DNA of 64,000 bases, taken from assembly GCA_963842525.1 (NCBI GenBank), contig CAWJGT010000003.1:672001-736000 (forward strand), read 5' to 3'. Under the pieces are notes generated by a model. It searched no databases and was not told the origin of the DNA. It saw nothing but the letters and a program-made list of their open reading frames with translations. Below, piece by piece: positions 1 through 8,830 of the stretch. The number at the start of each line of letters is the position of its first letter. The stretch's first letter is position 1. The position numbers and the translations under genes were made by a program. This stretch comes from an uncultured Holophagales bacterium. GTDB lineage: Bacteria > Acidobacteriota > Thermoanaerobaculia > Multivoradales > UBA5704.

Positions 1-1366
1 AGTGCGAAACGCGGGATGTCCCGGGGCTGGACAGTCCGCTGCGAGAGATAGCCGCTGGAAGAAGAGGATGTGGGGGCTCGCGGGGTCGCCGCCGTCCAAC
101 CGCCGGACCCGGCCTTCCAGGACTGGCCGGAAGGCGCGGGCCTGGGCGAGGAACGCGCGGTCGCGCCAGCCGCCGGAGCCGGTCAGCCGCTCGGCCAGGT
201 CCTGGATGAGCGAGGGCGGCGAGAGAGGCGGCGAGGTTGCGGGCGAGCCGCGACCTGCCGAGCTTGCGGCCGATCACCCAGCCGCGGACCTCGTCCTGGA
301 GGTGCCCGGCGTCGTTCTCGGCGCGGGCCGAGACCCTCTCCCAGGCGTAGCCGTCGGCGGCCGCCCATTCCGGCGCCCGCCAGCGGCCCTCCCGGCTGGC
401 GTGCTCGGCCGGCGATCTCCCGCTGGGCCTCCAGCATCCGCTGCGCGATCTCTCCTTCGCTCGGGAAGGGGAGAGAGGCGGTGCGCGAGGAGCGCTCCGA
501 GTGCGGGGACGACGACCGCGGTGCCCACCCAGAGCAGCGTGAGAACGCTCAAGCTGGTGGACGGTGCGCGGGTCGCGGCCGAGACGAGGAGGGCGGTGCA
601 GCGCGAAGAACGCCGCCGCCCACAGGCCGAGAGCACCACCAGCCCGGCTTTGAGCAGATCTTCGCTCCCGAGGGGCACCTCGCCCGGTCCGCGGAGCAGC
701 AGAACGCTCGCCGCCGTGCCCCGGACGCGGGAAGCGGCCAGGCAGATCCAGACGGCCGCCAGCTTGCCAGCAGGATCTTCCAGCGGGGGATCGGTGCGAG
801 AGGACGAGCTTCAGGGTGCCGGCCTCGCGCTCGCCGCAGATCGCGTCATAGCCCAGGAGGAAGGCGGCCAGGGAGAGGACGACCCGGATCGCGAACATCC
901 AGTCCGGCGGCGCGGGACTGGGGAGGCGGTGGTTGCCAGGTTGAACCCGCCGGAGCTCGGGCTCGGCAAAGGGGCTCAAGCGCCTGGGCGAAGAGGTCCG
1001 GCGTTGCGGACTGGCCGCCGTCCACCGCGAAGGCGAGGCGCCAAGCGGGGCGCAGCGCAGGATGGCGTAGCTCGGCCAGATCGTCCAAGGTCGCCCTGCG
1101 CAGCATCCTTCGTAATCCGCCGCGCGCCGCAGCGTGCGCCCGGCTCTCGTCGCGGTATCGCGACGAAGCCGTGAGGGCCGGCAGGATCAGCAGCACCAGG
1201 ATCAGGACCGAGACGGCCCGGAACCGGAAGCTCGCGATCAGCCGTCTCGTCTCCTGCCGTGCGATCGTCGCGATGACGCGGCGAGGAGCCTCGAGAGACG
1301 CCGGGCCAGGCCGCGCAACGCGGCCGGACGTCGGGGAGGGAAGGGGGGGGGCCAGCATCTCGTCAT
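1..1366 (-). CDS. ABC transporter permease subunit (paralog of the upstream permease); frameshifted, runs off the window edge
   Basis: ORF pieces 846..1358 (IATIARQETRRLIASFRFRAVSVLILVLL) and 274..678 (LLVSAATRAPSTSLSVLTLLWVGTAVVVP) mirror the N-terminal and TM motifs of the neighbouring permease; several frame changes. Confidence 0.75.
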
Positions 1367-2980
1367 CCCAGAGCGTAGCGCTCGAACCGAGCCCAGGCTG
1401 CGCCGGCCGTCACGGCAGTCAGCAGCAGCAGGGCGAGGCCCTCCGGAGCGGCGCCGCGGAGGCGTTCCAGGAATCCGCGGCCCCGATAGGCGAACCGCGG
1501 CAGCTCCGCCAGAGGCAGCCGCCGCTGACGGATCCGCCTCGATCTCCTCCCTCTGGAGCTCGATCTTCCGTGCCACCTCCGCCGAGCTGAGGCGGTTGAA
1601 GAGATCGCGGACGTTGGTCGCGTCGACCTCCTCCGGCCGGAGCCCGAGGAGGTGCGGCCAGGGATGCAGCCGGTCCGGCGGGTCGTCGGTGAACCAGCGC
1701 CAGGAACGGAAGGCTCCGCGGCGCGCGAGATACCCCATGAAGGTGAGGCGATAAGCCCGGCAGGCCGCCAGGAAGTCGTCATGGTCGGCGAGCGAGGTCC
1801 CGGAGAAGGTCTCGGAGAGCCGGTCCAGAAGGAAGGCCGGCGAAACGGCCGCAAGGCTCAGCCCCAGCCGCTCCCCCTGTCGCAGACGGTCTTCATACCG
1901 CTGCCGGACCGCGTGGAGCTTCCCGGCGTAGACGATGCCGGACTCGATCTCGACCTGATAATAGGCCCGCAACGCTTCGTAGTAGGCCATCGAGCCGTTG
2001 CGGTAGCGCACGGCCCGGTGCGGCCCGTCCATATAGGAGATCGCCGTGTGCCCGGTAAAGTCGCGGCGCAGGGGATGACGGGCGCGCACCGTCGCGAGCT
2101 TGCGCATCTCCTCTGCAGCCAACTCGCGGCCGCGGGCCGCGGCTCGGCCCGCGGCCTCCTGCGTGTCGACGAGCCCTGCCGCCACCGACCATGCCGCCGA
2201 CGGGATCACGATCACCGTCACCAGCCAGAGGAGGACCGAGGCCACCAGGGCCTGCGAGGCGCTGCGGGCGAGCAGGGAGACGAGCAGCCCGATCAGAAAC
2301 ATGAGCGTGAGATAGCCCATGTAGGAGGCGAGCAGCGCAGCCACGCGCAGCCCGCGGTCCTGGAAGGTCGCGAGCCCGACCGTCCCGGCCAGGACCCCGC
2401 AGCAGACCAGGAGCGCCGCCGCGAGAGGAAGAAACAGCGTGAGCAGCCCGCCGAGCACCTTGCCGGCGAGGACCGTCCGGCGCGAGGTGCCCTGCGCGAG
2501 CACCATGCGCAGCGTTCCCTCCTCGCGCTCACCGATCACCGCGTCGCAGGCGAGGAGCAGGGCGAGGAGGCCCAGGACGACCGCCACGATGGTGGTGAAA
2601 TCCACCTCGGAGGCCGGCAAGGCCACCAGGAGCTCGTTGCCCCGGGAGCCGCCCGCGGCCTCCGCCGGCACCGCGAACAGATGAATGCTCACGTCGGTGC
2701 CGAGGCGCGTCTCGAAACCCTGATCAAAGACGCTCAAGGGCTCCGGCGGGCGCACGAGGAGCGGCTGGAGAAAGGAATAGACCGAAGCGCTCGCGAGCTG
2801 TCTCTGATGCGCCGCCACGCGGTCGCGGTATGCGTTCCACCGCAGCTCGTAATCGCGCGCCGCGATCCACGTCGAGGCTGCCGCGAGCACGATCGTCAGG
2901 ATCGCTCCGACCCAGAAGCGGAAGCTCGCCAGGTGATGGAGCACTTCGCGATGGATACAGGCGCGGAGCATGGTTTTCAT
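1363..2980 (-). CDS. ABC transporter permease subunit (ABC-2-like); one frameshift near 1520
   Basis: N-terminal IHREVLHHLASFRFW; DAVIGEREEGTLRMVLAQGTSRRTVLAGK motif; multiple TM segments; C-terminal TM in the frame of ORF 1363..1854. Confidence 0.88.
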
Positions 2981-3021
2981 CCCGATCGATTGCGTTGCGT
3001 CACGGTCCGCGGACCGGAAAG

Positions 3022-3037
3022 TGCAGCCGCCGTGCCA
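3022..3037 (-). promoter_or_regulatory. sigma54 -24/-12 promoter for the ABC permease genes
   Basis: Minus strand TGGCACGGCGGCTGCA (GG-N10-GC), about 40 bp upstream of the ATG at 2980. Confidence 0.7.
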
Positions 3038-3077
3038 GGGCCCGTCGCAGCGGACCTCGCCGGATCGGCCCTCTCCG

Positions 3078-3115
3078 GGGTAGCCGGTTACCCTCCGGCG
3101 GGTAACGGCTTACCC
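3078..3115. promoter_or_regulatory. Tandem GGGTA-N6-TACCC palindromes; putative enhancer (UAS) between divergent sigma54 promoters
   Basis: gggta-gccggt-taccc (3078-3093) and gggta-acggct-taccc (3100-3115), 22 bp apart; same motif at 5147-5162. Confidence 0.62.
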
Positions 3116-3170
3116 ATTCCACAGCTCCTGGTCGACCCCGCTCCGGGAATCGTCCTCGTTGCCGGCGGCC

Positions 3171-3186
3171 TGGTCCGGCCCTTGCA
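3171..3186 (+). promoter_or_regulatory. sigma54 -24/-12 promoter for the radical SAM operon
   Basis: TGGTCCGGCCCTTGCA (GG-N10-GC with TTGCA), about 50 bp upstream of ATG 3239. Confidence 0.6.
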
Positions 3187-3238
3187 CTAGGGGACCTGCG
3201 TCCGCCGTCATCCATTCCACGATCGAAGAGAGGCCATC

Positions 3239-4748
3239 ATGATCCGGACCAGCAGCTACACGATCTATGTGAAATTGCCGGACAACGATGACGAGGTCCT
3301 CCTGGTGCACGGCTACACCGGCGCCTACGACAGGGTCTCGCGGGACGTGGCCGACTTCCTCCGCTCCCGCGAGACCCGAGGCACGGCGAAGCCTCTCTAC
3401 GGCGCGTGGAGCGCCGAGGCGGAGCCGGAGCCGCGGGACGCGGCGGGCGCCATCTCGGATGCGACGATCGACCTCCTGCGCGAGCAAGGTTATCTAACCG
3501 AGCTCTCCCCGGACGAGGAGGAAGCCTTTTTCTCGCAGCTCGCGACCGCGCTCCACGCACGCGCTCTGCAACAGGCGCCGAGCTACATCTTCATGCCGAC
3601 CTACGACTGCAACCTGCGGTGCTCCTATTGCTATCAGGACCACATGCGCACCGACTGCAGCTTCAAGCACCTGCTGCGCACCATGCGGCCGGCGATGATC
3701 GATCGCATTTTCGCCGCCCTGCCGCGCATCGAGGAGCGGCACGGCCTGGACGCGAGCACGCCGCGCCGGCGCAACATCGGCTTTTTCGGCGGCGAGCCGC
3801 TGCTCGCGGCGAACCGCCCGATCGTCGAGCAGATCCTCGCCCGTGCCTTCGAGATAGGGGAGGCGGATATCTGGGCCGTCACCAACGGCACGGAGATCGA
3901 CGCCTATGCCGACCTGCTCGGGCCCGCCGGCATCGCCTCTCTCCAGATCACGTTGGACGGCCCACCGCGCCAGCACGACCGCCGGCGTGTCTACGCGGAC
4001 GGCTCGGGCTCCTACGAGCGGATCGCGGCCAATATCTCGATGGCGCTCGCAAGGGGAGCCGCGGTCAGCATCCGGCTGAACGTGGACCGCGCGAACCTGG
4101 ACGACCTGCCGGCCATGGCCGACGAGATCGTGGCCCGCGGCTGGGACCGCCATCCGAAGTTCTCGGCCTACACCTCGCCGGTGCGGGCCGGCAACGGCAA
4201 GACCGATCCGAAGTCCGTCTTCAGCTCCGTGGGACCTCGACCGGTCGCTCACGCGGATGCGCGAGGAGCATCCGAACGTGGCGGTCCTGGCGCGCCCTGA
4301 CGAAGGGATGCGCGCGCGGGCGCGGCGGATCTTCGACGCCGACCAGGAGGTCCTGCCGAGCCTGCGGCCCAGCTTCTGCGGCGCCCACGACCGCATGTAC
4401 ATCTTCGATCCCTTCGGCGACATCTACGCCTGCTGGGAACGGACCGGCGACCCGGACGTGCGGATCGGCCGTGTCACTCCGGACGGCGACGTCGAGATGA
4501 AGGCCGACCAGGTCGCAATGTGGCGCAGCCGCACGGTGGCCAGCAACCCGGTCTGCCGGCGCTGCCGCTATGCGCTCCATTGCGGCGGCGGCTGCGCCGT
4601 GCTGGCGCTCTCCCAGAGCGGCCAATTCAATTCCAATTATTGTGACGGTTTCGCCGCCCGCTTCCGCGCGAGCGTCGCCGAAGCCTACCTGGCGCACGTC
4701 GCCGGGGCTCCGTCGGCCTCTCTCGGGCAGCGGGTCTGTGATCTCTGA
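3239..4748 (+). CDS. Radical SAM/SPASM-domain peptide maturase; frameshift near 4230
   Basis: CNLRCSYC motif, FFGGEPLL, QITLDGP in ORF 3239..4300; SPASM cysteines (FCGAH...YACW...CRRCRYALHCGGGC...YC) in ORF 4257..4748; N-terminal extension of RRE-like size. Confidence 0.93.
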
Positions 4749-4776
4749 TCAATGAAGCCTTCGCGGAGGAAGAATC

Positions 4777-5001
4777 ATGAAAAAGACACGACGCGCCCAG
4801 GAAATCACCCGTTTCGGCCGTGCCGCGTTCCGCATCACCGCGGCCGACGTGTGCAACGCGGAGCTGCTGGACGAGGCCCTCGCCCGGGTGATCGGAAGCC
4901 TTTCGATCACGCCGGGCGGAGATTGCTCTTTGTTCACCTGCCATCTCTACGCGCCTCCTCCGCTCCCTCCGCCCAACGCTGTAACTAATGTAACTGAATA
5001 G
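4777..5001 (+). CDS. Putative RiPP precursor peptide (74 aa)
   Basis: GGAGG RBS; 28 bp downstream of the rSAM stop; leader-like ELLDEALARVIGS followed by core-like LSITPGGDCSLFTCHLYAPPPLPPP; followed by a hairpin. Confidence 0.7.
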   Translation: MKKTRRAQEITRFGRAAFRITAADVCNAELLDEALARVIGSLSITPGGDCSLFTCHLYAPPPLPPPNAVTNVTE

Positions 5002-5017
5002 CCGATCGAGCCCTTCC

Positions 5018-5045
5018 GGCCCCTGGGAGGTTCCTCCCGGGGGCC
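5018..5045 (+). terminator. GC-rich hairpin after the precursor gene (terminator or mRNA stabiliser)
   Basis: GGCCCCTGGGAGG-TT-CCTCCCGGGGGCC; no adjacent U-tract. Confidence 0.5.
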
Positions 5046-5146
5046 TCATCCCTCCGTCGTTCGTAGCCTGCTCTCTCTCTCGTTCACTCCCGTCTGGCTT
5101 TCCCGGATTCCCAAACCGTCTTGTGATCATTGGCTCCAGGCGGCAA

Positions 5147-5162
5147 GGGTAATCGATTACCC
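5147..5162. promoter_or_regulatory. Perfect palindrome GGGTAATCGATTACCC; putative UAS
   Basis: 16-bp palindrome about 60 bp upstream of the sigma54 site at 5225; same GGGTA-N6-TACCC as 3078-3115. Confidence 0.62.
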
Positions 5163-5224
5163 AGGAATGGGAAAGCGATGACTCAGTTTTTACGGAAAAT
5201 GGCTGTAAATCGATGCTCCGGAAC

Positions 5225-5240
5225 TGGCATCGCCATTGCA
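5225..5240 (+). promoter_or_regulatory. sigma54 -24/-12 promoter for the fulvocin-related gene
   Basis: TGGCATCGCCATTGCA, near-consensus. Confidence 0.75.
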
Positions 5241-5325
5241 ATTTTCAAAGGCAGGTGCGGTAAGGAGATTGGAAACCCGCCTTGGGTCGAAAAACCGAGG
5301 CCCTTTGAAAAGAGAGGAGACAACG

Positions 5326-6047
5326 ATGACCAGGCTGAGCCGCAACCGTGTCCGTTTCTTCGTCCCCGCCGTCGCCTTCGCAGCCGTTCTCTTGCTGGCC
5401 CAGGCCGCTCCGGCGCAGATGTGTAACGCCGAAGCCCACAACTGGGTGAAGGCGCATCGCAACGAGCTTCCCCAAATCGTATGAGGAGTTCACGCAGTTC
5501 CCTCTGAATTATCGGCAAGCCATCTATTCGGCCCTGGATGCGGGGACCCGGAGCGGGCTCTGGCAGGCGCAGCTCGAGCTCGGCGCTGCAGCGTGAGGAC
5601 CTGACCGAGGCGCAGAGGGACGTCCTCTTCGAAGCGGTCCAGCTCGCCACGCCTGAGACCTTTGCGGCCGCCAAGAACCGGCGTGAGCGGAGCCGAGCGC
5701 TCCGGCAGGTGGAAGAGTTTGACAAGAGGGCGCGTGCGGCGTTCGGCGAAAAGGCGGGTGAGCTCTTTGGACGCCTCGGCCCTGCCGATCTCGAGTTCCT
5801 GGTGGTCGACCGGCGCGAAGCGCAGTCCACGAAACAGGGGGTCCGTGGCGTGAATTCGGCCCTTCTCACCACAGCCCCTCCTCTCTGCAGTTGCAGCACC
5901 GACTCCGACTGGTGCAACAACGCCTCGCACTGCGTGTCCGGCGGCTGCACGCTGGTCCGCGATGAGTGCGGCACTTGGTGGATCTACGATTGCAACGGCC
6001 TGTGCCATGTGAACGGGACGACCGAAATCATTCAGATCCAGCAGTAG
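5326..6047 (+). CDS. Bacteriocin fulvocin C-related protein (signal peptide, helical pro-region, 8-Cys C-terminal domain); two frameshifts near 5475 and 5575
   Basis: AGGAG RBS; signal peptide MTRLSRNRVRFFVPAVAFAAVLLLAQAAPA; WVKAHRNELP motif; C-terminus CSCSTDSDWC..C..C..CGTWWIYDCNGLC matches the Cys pattern of Myxococcus fulvocin C as recalled. Confidence 0.85.
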
Positions 6048-6070
6048 CTCGCGAGGTCCCACCTCCGACG

Positions 6071-6102
6071 AAAAGGGCCCGCGGCGCTGTGCCGCGGGCC
6101 TT
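6071..6102. terminator. Intrinsic terminator-like hairpin between convergent genes
   Basis: AAAAG-GGCCCGCGGC-GCTGT-GCCGCGGGCC-TT. Confidence 0.65.
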
Positions 6103-6320
6103 CGATCGTTCAGGAATACCAGTCCCCACTAATAGCAGTTCTGCCAGAACCAGCCCGTGATCGGGGCAACGCTGCCACCAGGCAGTCGCCGCTCGCGATC
6201 ACCTCGTCGGCGCACCCGCCGACCTCTCCCGTCCCGTCGTCGACGTCATACTCTCCGTCCTCCGTCCCGAGCGAGCCGGGCCGGTGGCCCGCAGCAGGGC
6301 GGCCGAGGGGATGAAGCCGT

Positions 6321-7256
6321 TCACCGAGCGCGCAGGCCCGTCTGCCGCAACAGCCACTCCCGCTGCGCCTGGAAATATCCTGGTGCGTAACGGGTGTAGA
6401 TCCGCTCGCCGTCCTTCACCTCGAACTCGAGGATGCCGTGGTCGGCGTTCGGAAAGATTTTCAGCTCGATGGGCTTTCCCTGCTGTTGCAGCCTTTGCAG
6501 CTCGACGATGGTGGCCTCGTTCGGCGCCTCCAGGTCCTGGCCGCCGAGGAGCCAGAGCATCGGCACGTCGAGCTTCGCGAGGAGCGGTCGCGAGTCGTGG
6601 AACCAGGAATCCTTGGTGGGGAGCTTCCGCTTTATATAAGCCTTGACCAGGGCGTGCGGATACTTGAGGAAGCCTCCGCCTTCCGACCGCCCTGTGCCCC
6701 TCTTGTCGAAGACGAAGGCGGCGATGCCGTACGCTGCGAAGTGATAGGGCTCGTGGTAGTAGAGCGTCGCGGCCTCGTCGCCCGAGCCGTGGACGAGGAC
6801 CACCGCCGGGAAAGGTCCCTCGCCTTGCGGCAGCACCAGCTTGCCGAACAGCTCGATGTCGCCGCTGCGGAAGGTCGCGGCCTCCTCCCGTAGAGGCACC
6901 CTCTCGGCGCTTTTGGCCACACCGCCCACATCGGTCCATTCGAGACGGGCAGCCCTCGCCCCCTCCTTCCGGAAACGCACCCGCAGGTTGACGGGCGCAT
7001 CGGAAGCCCAGCCCGGGCCGGAGTGGAAGGAGAGGCCCTCGTCATCCGAGGGATAGAGCCGTTGGCTCCGGCCGGACTCCAGATCGCGGAAACGGAACGT
7101 GTCCTCGTCACTGTGGGCGATGGTGATCACCCGGCCGTCGTCGAAACGGTACGCACCCACGAAAGGCGAGGGCTCCAGGTCCCGCGAGCAGGCGGCCGCC
7201 AGGAGGAGGAGAGCGAAAACGGGCGCCAGGTGGCCCAGGAAGGTGCGTCGTCGCAT
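6321..7256 (-). pseudogene. Lipoprotein alpha/beta hydrolase (S9/S15-like) lacking the central nucleophile-elbow segment
   Basis: Lipobox LLLAAAC; GPFPAVVLVHGSG; FDKRGTGRSEG joined directly to the C-terminal part with GGQD and FPNADHG; no GxSxG after the DKRG motif. Confidence 0.72.
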
Positions 7257-7438
7257 GCCAGTCCTTTCCATGTGCCCGGGATACAGCCGCGGACACACGA
7301 CGCACACTACGGAAGGGAGCTGCTGAGGGTTCCAGGAACGATCTCAGAGCGTCCGGACGGGCAAGCGACCGGTCGCGTTGACTTGCGCAGTGTAGAATCC
7401 TGCGGCGGTACAAGATCGAGGAAACGGAGCTCGCCGTC

Positions 7439-8485
7439 ATGTGGGATACATGCCTGAGGCGCCTCGCCTGCGCCCTCATGCTGCTCGTCGGACCGGCCGT
7501 GAGCGAGGCGCGGGCCGCCGAGGGCCCGGCCACGCCTCCAGCGCAGCCCACGCGGGTCGCGGCGAGCTTCTTCTTCAGCACGATCGAGAACGTTGACTCG
7601 GTCAATGAGACGTTCAACGCCGATTTCTATCTGCGCCTGGAGTGGGACGATCCGCGGCTCGCGGGGCTGCCTTCCGAGCAGATCGACCGCGCCACGATGT
7701 GGCGGCCGAAGGTCGAGGTGGTCAACTCGCGCGACGTTGAGCAGCCTTGGGAGCCGTACCTCCTGTTCCCCGGGCCGGGCAAGCTCACCCTGATGAACCG
7801 CTTCCATGGGACCTTCGCCGCGCCCATGGATCTCCACGACTTCCCGTTCGACCACCAGGTGCTCCCCGTCGAGGTCGAGTCGCTGCAATACACGGCGCGC
7901 CAGGTGGCCTTCCACTATCCCGGGCACGGGCGCCAGGAGCAGGGCTGGAGCACGATGCTGAAGCAGGAGGAGCTGCTGGGGAGCGGTGTACGGCTGCCTG
8001 AATGGAAGATCGAGGCGGTCCAGGTGCGCGAGCTCGAAAAGTACTACAACTTCATGGACGCCAGATATTCGCGGTACCGCATCGAAATCCTGGTCTCCCG
8101 CCGGTCCGGGTTCTACGTCTGGAAGGTCATCGTCATCGAGGCGATGATCCTGGTGCTGTCCTGGGTCATCTTCCTGATGGATGCGGGCGAGATCGGCAAC
8201 CGTTCGGCCGTCTCCGTCACGCTCCTCCTCGCGACGGTGGCGTTCAGCTACGTGGTCAGCGGAATCACTCCGCGGGTCTCCTACCTGACCCTGTTGGACT
8301 GGTTCCTGCTGGGGTGCTTCGGCCTGATTTTCCTGTCGATGCTGGAGACGGTTGTCGTCTACCTGCTGCACCGGCGGGGAACGAGGGCCGCCGTGGCCGC
8401 GCGGATCGACCGCTGGTCGTTGGCGTTGTTCCCCGTCCTCTTCCTGCTGGTCAATGCCCTGCTCTGGGTGCCGGTGCTGGTGTGA
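7439..8485 (+). CDS. Prokaryotic pentameric ligand-gated ion channel (GLIC/ELIC-like)
   Basis: Signal peptide; FNADFYLRLEWDDPRL, WRPKVEVVN, Pro-loop DLHDFPFD, pre-M1 Arg (VSRRSGFY); four TM helices; M2-M3 PRVSYLT. Confidence 0.92.
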   Translation: MWDTCLRRLACALMLLVGPAVSEARAAEGPATPPAQPTRVAASFFFSTIENVDSVNETFNADFYLRLEWDDPRLAGLPSEQIDRATMWRPKVEVVNSRDVEQPWEPYLLFPGPGKLTLMNRFHGTFAAPMDLHDFPFDHQVLPVEVESLQYTARQVAFHYPGHGRQEQGWSTMLKQEELLGSGVRLPEWKIEAVQVRELEKYYNFMDARYSRYRIEILVSRRSGFYVWKVIVIEAMILVLSWVIFLMDAGEIGNRSAVSVTLLLATVAFSYVVSGITPRVSYLTLLDWFLLGCFGLIFLSMLETVVVYLLHRRGTRAAVAARIDRWSLALFPVLFLLVNALLWVPVLV

Positions 8486-8496
8486 TGCTCCTCAGG

Positions 8497-8525
8497 TTGA
8501 CAGCAATTCTGGAGCGGCCTAGACT
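8497..8525 (+). promoter_or_regulatory. sigma70-type promoter for the 62-aa ORF
   Basis: TTGACA-17 bp-TAGACT. Confidence 0.7.
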
Positions 8526-8557
8526 CCGACGCCAATAAACAAGGGGAGGTAGATCGA

Positions 8558-8746
8558 ATGGCACGATTCTCCGGTACTGCGGACAACGGTGACATCAATA
8601 TAGCCCTGCGCCTGGCGATTGAAGCTGCCAAGGAGGGGTTGGGGTCGGATTTCGTCAAATGGATCCTGATTGTCGCCCACGGGGCCAACGGGGGCGCCGT
8701 CGGCCAGAACGACCTGACGGTAGAGATCGAGGCGTACGTCCCCTGA
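8558..8746 (+). CDS. Small hypothetical protein (62 aa), possibly dodecin-like fold
   Basis: Own sigma70 promoter, GGGGAGGT RBS; beta-alpha-beta-beta hydrophobic pattern. Confidence 0.72.
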   Translation: MARFSGTADNGDINIALRLAIEAAKEGLGSDFVKWILIVAHGANGGAVGQNDLTVEIEAYVP

Positions 8747-8760
8747 TGTCCCCCCTCCTG

Positions 8761-8785
8761 GGGCGGGGACAAGCCCCGCCCCTAC
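8761..8785 (-). repeat. GTAG-family REP palindrome
   Basis: Minus strand GTAG-GGGCGGGG-CTTGT-CCCCGCCC. Confidence 0.7.
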
Positions 8786-8830
8786 AGGTTCTGCTGCACG
8801 ATCCTCACGCCATCCACCGCTCTCGATGCA

